Counted from the first letter of the stretch, positions 51,352 to 61,484 are shown. The stretch is 64,000 nucleotides of DNA from Candidatus Omnitrophota bacterium (GCA_016201795.1 JACQCF010000027.1:45454-109453); one strand, 5' to 3'. Made by a program: numbers and translations. Notes: generated by a model not told the origin, from the sequence alone.

Positions 51352-51422
51352 GGCTTTTCGTCCCGGAGTTGATTATTGCTTTTTATTGAATACTCGCTAA
51401 GTACAAGTTATAATGACCGACT

Positions 51423-52274
51423 ATGAATCAAGCTTACATTAAGACTATAGTTGCACTTGCTCTAGCCGAAGATATGGGAAGGGGGGATATTACGACCAAC
51501 AGCCTTATTCCTGCATCTCTTGAGACTCAGGCGCGTATTATTTTTAAATCTGCTGGTATTGTCTGTGGTCTGAATGTAGCGCAGTGTGTTTTTAAAACTT
51601 TAAGCCGGCGGGTGAAGTTTCAAAAAACAGTTGCCGATGGCAGTAGGGTTAAGAAAGGTAAGTTCATAGCCTTTATTAAAGGCCCGGCCAGGGCGATTTT
51701 GATTGGCGAACGCGTAGCGCTTAATTTTTTAATCCATCTTTCAGCCATAGCCACGCACACCAGGGCCCTGGTGGAAAGCATCAAACCTTATAAGACAAAA
51801 ATTTTGGATACCCGTAAAACCACACCATTATTGCGTTCGCTGGAACGTTATGCGGTGCGCACAGGCGGCGGGCATAACCATCGTTTTGATTTATCGACGA
51901 TGGCGATGATCAAGGACAATCATTTAAAAACGTTCGGGAACGACAGATTAGTAAAAGCTGTTCAGGCTATTAAAGCTAAAACTAAAAAACTTGTTGAGCT
52001 GGAAGTGGGTACGTTAAGAGAATTTCAACAAGCTTTGAATTCCAAGGCGGATATGATTCTATTGGATAACATGACGCCGGCGCAGGTTCGCCGGGCGGTT
52101 ATTTGGCGCAATCAGGTCAAATCCAGAATTTTATTGGAAGTCTCCGGAGGTATTAATCTTGACAATGTGCGTGCTTATGCCGCCACGGGGGTGGAGCGTA
52201 TCTCCATCGGCTCGCTGAGGACTTCTCGTCAAGTATTGGATATATCGTTAAATTTCTATGATGAAATTCATTAA
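51423..52274 (+). CDS. nadC: Nicotinate-nucleotide pyrophosphorylase (quinolinate phosphoribosyltransferase)
   Basis: ALAEDMGRGDITT N-terminus and ILDTRKTTP...AVRTGGGHNHR catalytic region. Confidence 0.85.
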   Translation: MNQAYIKTIVALALAEDMGRGDITTNSLIPASLETQARIIFKSAGIVCGLNVAQCVFKTLSRRVKFQKTVADGSRVKKGKFIAFIKGPARAILIGERVALNFLIHLSAIATHTRALVESIKPYKTKILDTRKTTPLLRSLERYAVRTGGGHNHRFDLSTMAMIKDNHLKTFGNDRLVKAVQAIKAKTKKLVELEVGTLREFQQALNSKADMILLDNMTPAQVRRAVIWRNQVKSRILLEVSGGINLDNVRAYAATGVERISIGSLRTSRQVLDISLNFYDEIH

Positions 52275-52938
52275 GTGTTTGATTATTCTTTATGCGTGTT
52301 TCTTGGCTTCTCTAAGCTTAGCCGACGGGACTGCGATGGAAGGAGCGGACCTTGACTCCCAGGCGATTTTCGATGACCGTGCGCTTATTACCGGGTATAC
52401 CGACAAATTTGCGGATGAATCTAAAGATGTTTTGCTGGCCATGATCGCGGATGATTCCATTGGCCCTTACAAATGCACCGCTGCCGTGCGCGTGTTCAAA
52501 CAAAAGTATGGCCAGGAAATCCTCTCCGCGGAAAAAGCCGCTGTGCTTAGAGTTTTTTTGCGCCGGCTTAACCGTACCGATTCTCCGTTTGTACGGGTGG
52601 AGATTATGCACACACTCATTGTCCTGGACCATTATCAATATTTTGCCTCCATGATGCCGATTTTAATTCAAAAGCTTGATCATTACAATGCCGTGGTGCG
52701 GGATTTGGCCTACGAAGACATTGGGGATATTATTAAAGATGACGATCGTCCTCGTGAGGCGAGGATCGTTTTTAACACTTTGCGCAAAATTTTCTTTCTT
52801 TCGCGCCATCGTTTAAACAACGTGCACACCCCGGATGAGAAATTAAAACAAAAATTGTCGATTTTACGCTGGGCTATCCGGGTGTTGGGGACTCAGGAGC
52901 TTAAGCGCCTACCTTTTGAAGTAATACGTTTGCTATAG
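52258..52938 (+). CDS. Secreted alpha-helical (HEAT/ARM-like?) hypothetical protein
   Basis: Signal peptide ...ASLSLA|DG. Helical repeat-like composition. No motif recognised. Confidence 0.3.
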   Translation: MMKFIKCLIILYACFLASLSLADGTAMEGADLDSQAIFDDRALITGYTDKFADESKDVLLAMIADDSIGPYKCTAAVRVFKQKYGQEILSAEKAAVLRVFLRRLNRTDSPFVRVEIMHTLIVLDHYQYFASMMPILIQKLDHYNAVVRDLAYEDIGDIIKDDDRPREARIVFNTLRKIFFLSRHRLNNVHTPDEKLKQKLSILRWAIRVLGTQELKRLPFEVIRLL

Positions 52939-52968
52939 AGGATCTTTTTGTTATAATTTAATTTACTT

Positions 52969-53817
52969 ATGCTTCTTAACTCCTTAACGTTACATACGCC
53001 AAGATCATTGCCTGAGGCGGCCAAACTTTTTAAAGAGCTGGAAGATAGCAAGGTCTTAGCCGGAGGAACTTTTCTTTTAAACATTTTAAAACTACTTAAA
53101 AGCAAAGGGATCAGGACCGTCAAGAATATTTTGAGCTTGAGCCAGGTTGATGAGCTTAAAGGCATCAGCGCCGACGCCCAAGGCTTAACCATCAAGGCCA
53201 TGACCACCATCACCGATGTTTTTGAAAGTCCGCTGTTGACGGATAATTTTCAAATTATCCACACGATTTGCCGCAATATTTCCACAACGCCTATTCGCAA
53301 TATGGCGACCTTTGGTGGCAATTTGACTTGTCGTTATACGTGGACGGAAATGCCGGTAGCCACGATCGCTCTGGACGCGCAGATGTATTTTTTGTTGCCT
53401 GATGGCAAAACTTCCAGCATGAGCGCGGAAGATTTTTTTAAAAACAATGCCAGAAGCGAACATTTATTTACCCATGCCGTTATTACGAGAAATGCCCAGG
53501 CACGTTTGGCCTATCGGCGGGTACGCAAAATGTCGGACGTGGATCAGCCGCTGTTGACGGTATGTGTGAAGACTAACCTTAAAGACCAGCAGTGGGCTCA
53601 GACGCGCGCGGTCATCAATAACGGCACAGCATTTGCGCAAAGAGATTATCAACTGGAGGAATTTTTAAACGGCAAAACTTCAAATCCCCATTTGGGTCAG
53701 GAGGCCATGAATCATTTGACAACCACCATCTATAACACCAGAAGCAACGAATACAAACAGCATATGTTTCGGGTGTGTTTGCGCCAGGCCATTGAGGAAA
53801 TATGCAAGTCCAAGTAA
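52969..53817 (+). CDS. Molybdo-hydroxylase FAD-binding medium subunit (CoxM/XdhB-like)
   Basis: VLAGGTFLL...ATFGGNL FAD-binding PCMH-type motifs. Precedes the 2Fe-2S and Mo subunits. Confidence 0.75.
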   Translation: MLLNSLTLHTPRSLPEAAKLFKELEDSKVLAGGTFLLNILKLLKSKGIRTVKNILSLSQVDELKGISADAQGLTIKAMTTITDVFESPLLTDNFQIIHTICRNISTTPIRNMATFGGNLTCRYTWTEMPVATIALDAQMYFLLPDGKTSSMSAEDFFKNNARSEHLFTHAVITRNAQARLAYRRVRKMSDVDQPLLTVCVKTNLKDQQWAQTRAVINNGTAFAQRDYQLEEFLNGKTSNPHLGQEAMNHLTTTIYNTRSNEYKQHMFRVCLRQAIEEICKSK

Positions 53818-54278
53818 CCATCAATGGGAAACCCCATACGCTGCCATTAAACGGTCATGAAACGCTGTTGGAAGTTTTGCGTGACACATTGTCGATGACC
53901 GGAACCAAAACCGCCTGTCAGGAAAGCGAATGTGGTACTTGTACGGTAATTATTAACGGTAAAGCTGTATTATCCTGCATTACGTTAGCGGCGAATTTAG
54001 ACGGAGTTCAAATTAGAACTATTGAAGGATTAGCCGACGGTGATGTTCTGCATCCGGTGCAAAAGGCTTTTGTGGAGCAGGGATCGGTGCAATGCGGCTT
54101 TTGTATTCCCGGGATGATTATGGCGTCCACCGCTTTATTAGAGAAAAATCCCCACCCCACTCAAAAAGAGATTGAATACGCTTTAGACGGCAATATTTGC
54201 CGCTGTGGGGGTTATCCTAAAATCTTTGAAGCCATTCGTTGTGCCGCCAAAGAAATGGCTCAAGGGAAAAAATTTTAA
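53802..54278 (+). CDS. Molybdo-hydroxylase [2Fe-2S] small subunit (CoxS/XdhC-type iron-sulfur subunit)
   Basis: CQESECGTCTV (plant-type) and CGFCIPGM...CRCGGY (second cluster) motifs. Confidence 0.85.
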   Translation: MQVQVTINGKPHTLPLNGHETLLEVLRDTLSMTGTKTACQESECGTCTVIINGKAVLSCITLAANLDGVQIRTIEGLADGDVLHPVQKAFVEQGSVQCGFCIPGMIMASTALLEKNPHPTQKEIEYALDGNICRCGGYPKIFEAIRCAAKEMAQGKKF

Positions 54279-54279
54279 T

Positions 54280-56598
54280 ATGAAAACTCAAGTTCTCAAA
54301 GAATACGTTGATCCCGTTGGTAAAAGCGTGCCGCGCATTGATGGCCGGGGCATTGTCACCGGGCAGACCAAATACGCTTTTGACGTGAGTTTTCCCAATA
54401 TGCTGGTGGGTAAAATGCTGCGTTCACCGCATGCGCATGCCAAAATTTTGAGTATTGATACCTCCAAAGCCCAAAGCTTGCCTGGCGTTAAAGCCATCAT
54501 CACCGCACGCGATACGCATTTGATTAAATTCGGTTCCAATGAATACTTCTTTCCGCACACCGTTGACCAAATGGCCTTGGAGGCGGATAAAGCGCGTTAT
54601 ATCGGTGATGAAATTGCAGCGGTAGCAGCGGTGGATGAAGAAACCGCTTATGAAGCCTTGAAGCTCATTGATGTGAAATATGAAGTTTTACCGGCTGTTT
54701 TTGATATTGAAGAGGCCATCAAACCAGGCGCTCCCATGATTCATGATTCGCTCAATAACATGGCCGTGATTTTACCGGTCAATTTCGGCAATCCTGAGCG
54801 CGTGATGAAAGAAGCAGATTATGTGCGCGAAGACAAATTTTGGTGTCCGGTGGCGCATCCGGCGCCTTTGGAGCCGCATGTATGCGTGGGGCAATGGGAG
54901 ACCTTTGCCGATAAAATCACGCTATGGTCTTCCTCACAGGCACCGTTTAAATGCCGTGAGGCCTTAGCCAAGACGTTAAAAATGGATCTTAATAACGTAC
55001 GCGTCATTAAAATGGCGGTGGGCGGCGGTTTTGGGGGAAAGCTCGAAATGCTGCCGATGGATTTTGCTGCGTGTCTTTTGTCTAAAAAAGCCGGCAGTTT
55101 GCCTGTCAAAATTTGTTGTACCCGTGAGGAAGAATTTATTTCCACCCGTCGTAAACACGGCATGATTTATAAAGTCAAAACTGGTGTCAAAAAAGACGGG
55201 ACTATTTTAGCCATGACTGGTGAAGTGTTGGCCGACGGCGGAGCCTATTGCAGCTACGGGCCGACGGTGTTGGCCGCAGCCATGATGCGTATTTTCATGG
55301 TGTATAAAATCCAGCATTTTCGTATGACTGGCTATCGCGTATACACGAATAATCCTATCAGCGGTGCCATGAGAGGTTTTGGTGGGGTGCAGTCGGGGTT
55401 TGCTATTGAGTCTCACATGGATATGATCGCCAATCATTTAGGGATGGATCCAGTGGAATTTCGCTTGAAAAATATAACGACCCCGAATATGGTCACCATC
55501 AATAAAATGGTTTTAACGACCAATGGCCTGCGCGAATGTATCGAAAAAGCTTGCAGCGCGGCGGGTTGGAAAGAAAAACACGGCAAGCAAAAGAATGTTT
55601 GCCGTGGTATTGGCATCGGTATCGCGGCGGATGTGATGGGTTCTAAAATGTATAAGTCCCATGAATCAGCCGGAGCTATCGTCAAGGTAGAAGAAGATGG
55701 GTCTGTGTATTTATTTACCGGTGCCGCCGACACAGGGCAGGGATCCAATACAGCACTGTCACAAATTACCGCGCATGAGTTAGGGGTTAGCTACAGCCGC
55801 ATTAAATGCAAGGCGGGAGATACCGAGATTACGCCGTTTGACACCGGTTCTTTTGCCAGCCGCGTGACGTTTATTTCCGGCAATGCCGCTATGTTGGGAG
55901 CCAGAGACGCCAAGGGTCAGATTCTAGAAATTGTGGCCAAAGAACATCATTTAAACGTTGATGATCTAGATGTCAAGGCCGAACAGGTGATCTTTAAAAA
56001 AGACGGCAAGGTTTTGATGAGTTTTGATAAGGCCCTTGAACTTTGCTATTCTTTTAATTACGGCAAACAGATTATCGGCCGTGGCAGTTATAATCCCAAA
56101 ACCACACCCATAGATTTTCGTACCGGCGAGGGTAATGTCTCTGGAAGTTATGGGTTTGAGGCACAGATTGCCGAGGTTGAAGTTGACAAAGAAACAGGAC
56201 AGGTGAAAGTTTTGGAACTTTGGGATGCCCATGATATCGGTAAAGCCATCAACCCCCAGTCGGTGGAAGCACAGATTGAGGGGTCGCTCGCCATGGGATT
56301 AGGCTATACGTTTTATGAAGATTTAAAGTTTAAAAACGGCCTGGTCTTAAATGCGAATTTCGCCGGCTATCGGGTGCCGCGTTCGATCGGCATGCCTAGG
56401 ATGAATACGATTCTAGTCGAAACCAATGACCCTGAAGGGCCTTTTGGTGCCAAAGGAATGGGCGAGGCGTCTTTATTGCCGACTTCCGCGGCTATTGCTA
56501 ATGCCCTGGAGGATGCCATCGGTGTTCGCATCAAAGAACTTCCCCTGACGGCGGATAAAATTATCAAAGCGTTAAAAGAGAAAGAGGCGCATCTATGA
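54280..56598 (+). CDS. Molybdopterin-cytosine-dinucleotide-dependent oxidoreductase large subunit (xanthine dehydrogenase/aldehyde oxidoreductase family)
   Basis: MKTQV... from the ATG at 54280. GGGFGGK Mo-site motif. ~770 aa. The track start 54205 overlaps the Fe-S subunit. Confidence 0.85.
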   Translation: MKTQVLKEYVDPVGKSVPRIDGRGIVTGQTKYAFDVSFPNMLVGKMLRSPHAHAKILSIDTSKAQSLPGVKAIITARDTHLIKFGSNEYFFPHTVDQMALEADKARYIGDEIAAVAAVDEETAYEALKLIDVKYEVLPAVFDIEEAIKPGAPMIHDSLNNMAVILPVNFGNPERVMKEADYVREDKFWCPVAHPAPLEPHVCVGQWETFADKITLWSSSQAPFKCREALAKTLKMDLNNVRVIKMAVGGGFGGKLEMLPMDFAACLLSKKAGSLPVKICCTREEEFISTRRKHGMIYKVKTGVKKDGTILAMTGEVLADGGAYCSYGPTVLAAAMMRIFMVYKIQHFRMTGYRVYTNNPISGAMRGFGGVQSGFAIESHMDMIANHLGMDPVEFRLKNITTPNMVTINKMVLTTNGLRECIEKACSAAGWKEKHGKQKNVCRGIGIGIAADVMGSKMYKSHESAGAIVKVEEDGSVYLFTGAADTGQGSNTALSQITAHELGVSYSRIKCKAGDTEITPFDTGSFASRVTFISGNAAMLGARDAKGQILEIVAKEHHLNVDDLDVKAEQVIFKKDGKVLMSFDKALELCYSFNYGKQIIGRGSYNPKTTPIDFRTGEGNVSGSYGFEAQIAEVEVDKETGQVKVLELWDAHDIGKAINPQSVEAQIEGSLAMGLGYTFYEDLKFKNGLVLNANFAGYRVPRSIGMPRMNTILVETNDPEGPFGAKGMGEASLLPTSAAIANALEDAIGVRIKELPLTADKIIKALKEKEAHL

Positions 56599-56966
56599 GA
56601 AAGATTTTTTTAATGTTTATTTTAGCGGGTATCTTAACCGGCTGCAGCATTTATCAAATCGATTTTCGTAACACCTCTCAAAATTATTATCCACCCAAAA
56701 CCAATATTGATCAGGTACAGTACATGGAAAAGGTGGACAGGCCTTTTGAAGTCATTGGGGTTGCGACCGTCACCACCGAGCGCCGTCAATTGTTGAAAGA
56801 TATTCTGCCTAAACTCAAACAGGAAGCCGCGATTTTAGGGGGGGATGCCATCAGCGATATTCAAACCAATGCCACCGGTATCTGGAAGAAAATCAAACCG
56901 CAGAAATTATTCGGTAACGCTTACATCCGCGCCACCTACAGCGCCAAAGTGATTGTGTTTAAGTAA
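56595..56966 (+). CDS. Lipoprotein, possibly DUF74/YbjQ-like
   Basis: Lipobox LTGC. FEVIGVATV...GGDAIS pattern weakly like the YbjQ family. Confidence 0.4.
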   Translation: MRKIFLMFILAGILTGCSIYQIDFRNTSQNYYPPKTNIDQVQYMEKVDRPFEVIGVATVTTERRQLLKDILPKLKQEAAILGGDAISDIQTNATGIWKKIKPQKLFGNAYIRATYSAKVIVFK

Positions 56967-57530
56967 ATCCTTTAACTCTTCCGGCGTGTTAAACGTCTGA
57001 ATAATCCCGGAGTCATGGACTTCTAAAATGTGGACTTGACGCTGCCTGATGAAACTGTCGAGTCCTTTGTTCGCAGAAAAATCCAACAAATCCTTCTTGA
57101 GGCTTTGATGAAAGATGGGCGGATGTCCGTGTTTTCCTTGATAAGCAGGAATAAGAATATCGGGATTTTGTTGTTGAAAAGCGTTGACGAGATCATCCAT
57201 GGTTTTGGTCAGAACAAAAGGGTAGTCCACCGGCAAAAGCATGAATCCATGGGAGTTCTTATCGACGCTGCGTAAGGCCGTTTGAAAAGAAGATGTCTGT
57301 CCCATTTTGTAATCTTTGTTGTAGACAAGACGGACTTTACTGTGGTTAAATACATAAGGCGCAATGAGCGCTTCATGTGCGCCGGTGACGATGATGATCT
57401 CCTCAACAAGACTTTGAATGAGTTTTTGCTGTAAAAATTCGATAGTCTTGGTGGAACTGATTTGGGCCAAAGCTTTCGGGGAGCCAAAACGCAGGCTTTC
57501 ACCGGCTGTCAGTAAAATGCAAGAAATCAT
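56907..57530 (-). CDS. mocA: MobA-like NTP transferase, probable molybdenum cofactor cytidylyltransferase MocA
   Basis: MISCILLTAGESLRFGSPKAL...LPVDYP nucleotidyltransferase motifs. Sits in the Mo-hydroxylase cluster beside XdhC. Convergent 60-nt overlap with the lipoprotein gene. Confidence 0.7.
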   Translation of the reverse strand: MISCILLTAGESLRFGSPKALAQISSTKTIEFLQQKLIQSLVEEIIIVTGAHEALIAPYVFNHSKVRLVYNKDYKMGQTSSFQTALRSVDKNSHGFMLLPVDYPFVLTKTMDDLVNAFQQQNPDILIPAYQGKHGHPPIFHQSLKKDLLDFSANKGLDSFIRQRQVHILEVHDSGIIQTFNTPEELKDLLKHNHFGAVGGADVSVTE

Positions 57531-57556
57531 AAATTCATTATAGATTAAAGAGTTTA

Positions 57557-57964
57557 ATGATGGTATTTTTTTTGATTCTTCTTATTTTTATCGTGGCTAC
57601 CATTGTCTTGATTTCCCTGTTTGCTCTGCAAAGTCTGCCCTGGTATAGGCCCTCTTTGATTTTAGAAAAAAATGAGATGGGACCGGTGAAACTGCGGCCC
57701 GTGACACGTCAACCAATGGTGATGGAAGGTTTGGCTGAACCTGAAAATGATTTTCATGTGTCTCTGGAAGAGAATGTGGCCAGGTTAGAGACCATGCTCA
57801 ATGAAAAAAACAGGATGATTGAAAAATTACAAAAACAATTAGCCGCCGAAAAAATTCATCGGGTGGAGTTCGAAAAAGTCAAAGCTATTCTCGATGAGGA
57901 AATCCAAAATTTAAAAGCCCAGAATAAGACGCTTAAAGCACCAACAGGAGGGAATAATGCGTAA
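57557..57964 (+). CDS. Membrane-anchored coiled-coil protein, unknown function
   Basis: N-terminal TM followed by a heptad-like [23 protein letters not shown] segment. Confidence 0.3.
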   Translation: MMVFFLILLIFIVATIVLISLFALQSLPWYRPSLILEKNEMGPVKLRPVTRQPMVMEGLAEPENDFHVSLEENVARLETMLNEKNRMIEKLQKQLAAEKIHRVEFEKVKAILDEEIQNLKAQNKTLKAPTGGNNA

Positions 57965-58496
57965 GATATTGTTTTTATTAATAAGTTTGATGTTAACCAT
58001 CCTTACATTCAGTAAGGCCCAAGAAAAGGAGAGTGTTGTGGTTTTGGAAACCAATCAGGGAAATATTGAATTGAAATTATTTTCGGATATTGCACCTAAA
58101 ACCTGCGAAAATTTTATCGGTTTAGTCAAAAAAGGCTATTACAACGGTATTATTTTTCACCGAGTGATTAAGAGTTTTATGATTCAGGGCGGGGACCCGA
58201 CGGGAACAGGGACGGGCGGAGAAAGCATCTGGGGTGGTTCCTTCGAGGATGAATTCAGCCCTCGAGTCGGTTTTGACCGTAAAGGCCTTTTGGCTATGGC
58301 TAATGCCGGGCCCAATACCAACGGCAGCCAGTTTTTTATAACCACTGTACCAACCCCATGGCTCAATGGTCACCATACGATTTTTGGGGAAGTGATTAGT
58401 GGCTATGAAACGGTTGAAAAAATAGAAAATACGGCCATCGGCCCCGGGGATCGTCCCATCCAAGCGCAGAAAATCATTAAAGCATACGTCAAATAA
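57957..58496 (+). CDS. ppiB: Cyclophilin-type peptidyl-prolyl isomerase, secreted
   Basis: Signal peptide. [15 protein letters not shown]...[20 protein letters not shown] cyclophilin signature. Confidence 0.85.
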   Translation: MRKILFLLISLMLTILTFSKAQEKESVVVLETNQGNIELKLFSDIAPKTCENFIGLVKKGYYNGIIFHRVIKSFMIQGGDPTGTGTGGESIWGGSFEDEFSPRVGFDRKGLLAMANAGPNTNGSQFFITTVPTPWLNGHHTIFGEVISGYETVEKIENTAIGPGDRPIQAQKIIKAYVK

Positions 58497-59293
58497 TGCA
58501 AGAAATCCTCTATAAAGCCCTTGAAGCAACCCAAAAAGGGCAAAATTACGCTTTTGCGACCATCATCGAGTCAACCCCTAAAGGCACGCCTCGTAAAGCC
58601 GGGGCTAAGATGATTGTTTTTGAAGATGGTTCTTGCTGGGGTACCATCGGTGGAGGGCGTAATGAAAAAGCAGCGATTGGCGAATGTTTGAAAGCCATGA
58701 ACTCTCAAAAATCCACGATGGTTACCTACAATTATTTTGGACGTCAGGGAGAATCGGTTTGCGGCGGCCAGATGAAAGTTTTTATCGAGCCTTTTGTACC
58801 TAAATTTCATTTGGTCATCTGCGGGGCCGGTCATATTGCTTTGCCTTTATCTGCTATCGGTAAAATGCTGGGCTTTAAGGTCACCATCATTGACAATCGC
58901 AAAGAATTTGCCAATAAAAAAAGATTCCCTCACGTGGATCATATCATCGTTGGTAACCACGCGCAGGAATTGGTTAAATTACCTGTCAACAACAACACTT
59001 ATATCGCAATTGTTACCCAGGGTAATGAATTTGATTTTGAATGCCTTAAGGCAGTCATTAAATCTCCAGCCGCTTATATTGGGGTCATTTCCAGCCAACC
59101 CAAAAGAGTAAAATTTTTTGGACGTCTGAAAGAAGCCGGGATGAGGGAAAAATATCTTAAGAATATTAAAATTCCCATGGGGCTGGATATCGGCGCACAG
59201 ACGCCGGCGGAAATCGCCATTTCCATTACTGCCGAAATAGTAGCGGTTAAAGATAAACAATATATAGGAACAGATAAATTTAAAACAAGATAG
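58496..59293 (+). CDS. xdhC: XdhC/CoxI family Mo-cofactor insertion chaperone
   Basis: N-terminal XdhC_CoxI domain (ATIIESTPKGTPRKAGAKMIV...GTIGGG) plus Rossmann-like C-terminal (LVICGAGHIA). Confidence 0.75.
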   Translation: MQEILYKALEATQKGQNYAFATIIESTPKGTPRKAGAKMIVFEDGSCWGTIGGGRNEKAAIGECLKAMNSQKSTMVTYNYFGRQGESVCGGQMKVFIEPFVPKFHLVICGAGHIALPLSAIGKMLGFKVTIIDNRKEFANKKRFPHVDHIIVGNHAQELVKLPVNNNTYIAIVTQGNEFDFECLKAVIKSPAAYIGVISSQPKRVKFFGRLKEAGMREKYLKNIKIPMGLDIGAQTPAEIAISITAEIVAVKDKQYIGTDKFKTR

Positions 59294-59306
59294 ACAGGGG
59301 GAAGGT

Positions 59307-59714
59307 ATGAATAAAGAAGAAGCTATTGATATTGTCCGCGACGCGGGGTTTGGATTTTTAGCTACCGTCGAGGAAAATCAGCCGCATGTACGGCCCATGA
59401 TGCCCTATTTGACCGAGGAGGGCGAACTCTTGCTGGCTTTATTGGGACGTTCGCGTACGATTCCTCAAATCAAAGGCAATCCCAACGTTGAGGTCTGTTT
59501 TGTGGACCGTAAAATGTGGTATTGCCGCGTCAGCGGCACGGCGGTGATTAGTAATGATGTGCCCAAGAAAACCACTGTTTTTGAGATGGTTCCTATGCTG
59601 CGTCAGTATTTTGCTGGACCCCAGGATCCGAATTATCATCTGGCGGTGATTAAAATCAAGTCCATCGAAGCCATGACGCCTCACAGCCGTCTTCCCGAAC
59701 AAATCAGTTTGTGA
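59307..59714 (+). CDS. Pyridoxamine 5'-phosphate oxidase-like FMN-binding split-barrel protein
   Basis: GFGFLATVEENQPHVRPM N-terminal pattern typical of the PNPOx-like family. Confidence 0.6.
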   Translation: MNKEEAIDIVRDAGFGFLATVEENQPHVRPMMPYLTEEGELLLALLGRSRTIPQIKGNPNVEVCFVDRKMWYCRVSGTAVISNDVPKKTTVFEMVPMLRQYFAGPQDPNYHLAVIKIKSIEAMTPHSRLPEQISL

Positions 59715-59719
59715 TGAAA

Positions 59720-61099
59720 TTAGTGTTGGCTGTTTTTGAATTCTGCCACTAAAGCCTGCACGGTTTGTTTGGCATCACCGAAGATCATACGGCAGTTATC
59801 ATCGTAGAACAATTCATTTTCAATCCCCGCAAAACCGGTTGCCATGGAACGTTTGAGCACGAATACGGTTTTGGCTTTGTCGGCATTGATGATAGGCATG
59901 CCGTAAATGGGGCTTGATTTGTCGTGGCGGGCGGCGGGGTTAACCACGTCATTAGCGCCGATGACAATAGCCACATCCACATTTTCCATCAAGGGATTGA
60001 TGGCATCCATTTCCATTAATTGATCATAGGGGATATTGGCTTCTGCCAATACAACGTTCATATGCCCGGGCATGCGGCCGGCCACGGGATGAATGGCGTA
60101 TTTAACGTCGCAACCGTTTTTCTCCAGGAATTCGCTAAGCTCACGCACGGCATGCTGGGCCTGAGCCACGGCCAGACCGTAGCCGGGGATAATCACCACC
60201 GATTTGGCGTTTTCCAAAATCAGAAACGCATCTTCCACCGAAATCGCTTTAGCTTCTTTTTTCTGGCCGTCGGTTTTCTTTTTCACCACCGCTCCAAAAG
60301 CGCCGAAAATAACATTGGTGATGGAGCGGTTCATGGCCTTGCACATGATAATACTTAAGATAATCCCGTTGGCGCCGACCAAAGAACCAACGACGATAAG
60401 AAGAGTGTTATGGATAACGAATCCTGTGGTGCAGGCGACAATCCCCGAATAACTATTTAAGACGGAGATAACTACCGGCATATCCGCGCCGCCGATGGGA
60501 ATGACTAAAAAGATACCGAAAAGCACGGACAGCCCTAAGATGATAAGGAAGACGTCATAACGGGCGGGATGCATAAGGAACAAAATCCCTAAAATTAAAA
60601 TCGAAGCAATAAGGGCGATATTTAACAGACGCTGACCGGCAAATAAAATGGGTTTTCCGGGAATTTTTTCACTCAACTTCCCCCAGGCAATGGCGCTTCC
60701 GGTGACCGTCAGCCCACCGATGACAATGGATAAATAGAGCGTGATGGTATTGGTCAAATCGCCGGCACCATTGACATGGTAGGCAGTCCAATCCACAAAC
60801 ACGCTCGCTAAAGCCCCGCAGCCGTGTAAGAGGGCTATCATCTGCGGCATCTGGGTCATGGCGGCTTTAAAAGCAACTAAAGCGCCCAGGCTGGCACCTA
60901 TAATAATGCCGATGAGAATCCACTGGAAGCTGATGATCTGTCCGTTGGCAAGGGTGGCCACAATGGCTAGGAACATGCCACTGGCAGATAAGATATTGCC
61001 ACGACGGGCAGAAACAGGAGAACCTAGAAATTTTAAACCAAACGCAAATAAGACGGAACTGATGATGTAAGCCAGATTAGTGATAAATGCGCTGTTCAT
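59720..61099 (-). CDS. pntB: NAD(P) transhydrogenase subunit beta
   Basis: Multi-TM N-terminus and C-terminal dIII domain (GYGLAVAQAQH...IVIGANDVVNPAA). Confidence 0.9.
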   Translation of the reverse strand: MNSAFITNLAYIISSVLFAFGLKFLGSPVSARRGNILSASGMFLAIVATLANGQIISFQWILIGIIIGASLGALVAFKAAMTQMPQMIALLHGCGALASVFVDWTAYHVNGAGDLTNTITLYLSIVIGGLTVTGSAIAWGKLSEKIPGKPILFAGQRLLNIALIASILILGILFLMHPARYDVFLIILGLSVLFGIFLVIPIGGADMPVVISVLNSYSGIVACTTGFVIHNTLLIVVGSLVGANGIILSIIMCKAMNRSITNVIFGAFGAVVKKKTDGQKKEAKAISVEDAFLILENAKSVVIIPGYGLAVAQAQHAVRELSEFLEKNGCDVKYAIHPVAGRMPGHMNVVLAEANIPYDQLMEMDAINPLMENVDVAIVIGANDVVNPAARHDKSSPIYGMPIINADKAKTVFVLKRSMATGFAGIENELFYDDNCRMIFGDAKQTVQALVAEFKNSQH

Positions 61100-61383
61100 T
61101 GAGCAGCCTTTTTCTTAAACATTTTCAGCATGCGTTCGGTGACTAAATAACCGCCGACTACGTTAAAGGTGGCTAGAGCCACGGCTGATGTTCCTAAAAT
61201 GATGGTTAATGTGCTGTTGGCTTGGGCGCCTGCGGCAATCAAAGCGCCGATGACAATAATCCCGCAAATGGCATTGGCCTCGGACATCAAAGGTGTGTGC
61301 AATAGAGGAGGCACACGGGAAATCAGCGCGAATCCCAGAAAAATGGACAGCACTAAGATAAAGAGTAAATAAATGAGTTCCAT
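61096..61383 (-). CDS. pntA2: NAD(P) transhydrogenase alpha subunit part 2 (membrane)
   Basis: 95 aa, three TM helices. ATGA overlap with pntB. Confidence 0.8.
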   Translation of the reverse strand: MELIYLLFILVLSIFLGFALISRVPPLLHTPLMSEANAICGIIVIGALIAAGAQANSTLTIILGTSAVALATFNVVGGYLVTERMLKMFKKKAAQ

Positions 61384-61484
61384 AACTTTTTCCAGATTAT
61401 TTCCCTCCCTTGATGGGAGGGATTAAGGGAGGGTGATTAAAAAATTTTTACCCCCACCTAACCTCCCCTATTAAGGGGGAGGAA
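61384..61484. promoter_or_regulatory. Structured pntA1-pntA2 intergenic region with two homopurine/homopyrimidine hairpins and a U-run
   Basis: On the mRNA: CCUCCCC-UUAAUA-GGGGAGG ... GGUGGGGGUAAAAAUUUUUU ... CCCUCCC-AUCAA-GGGAGGG, 22 nt before the pntA2 AUG. Confidence 0.4.
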
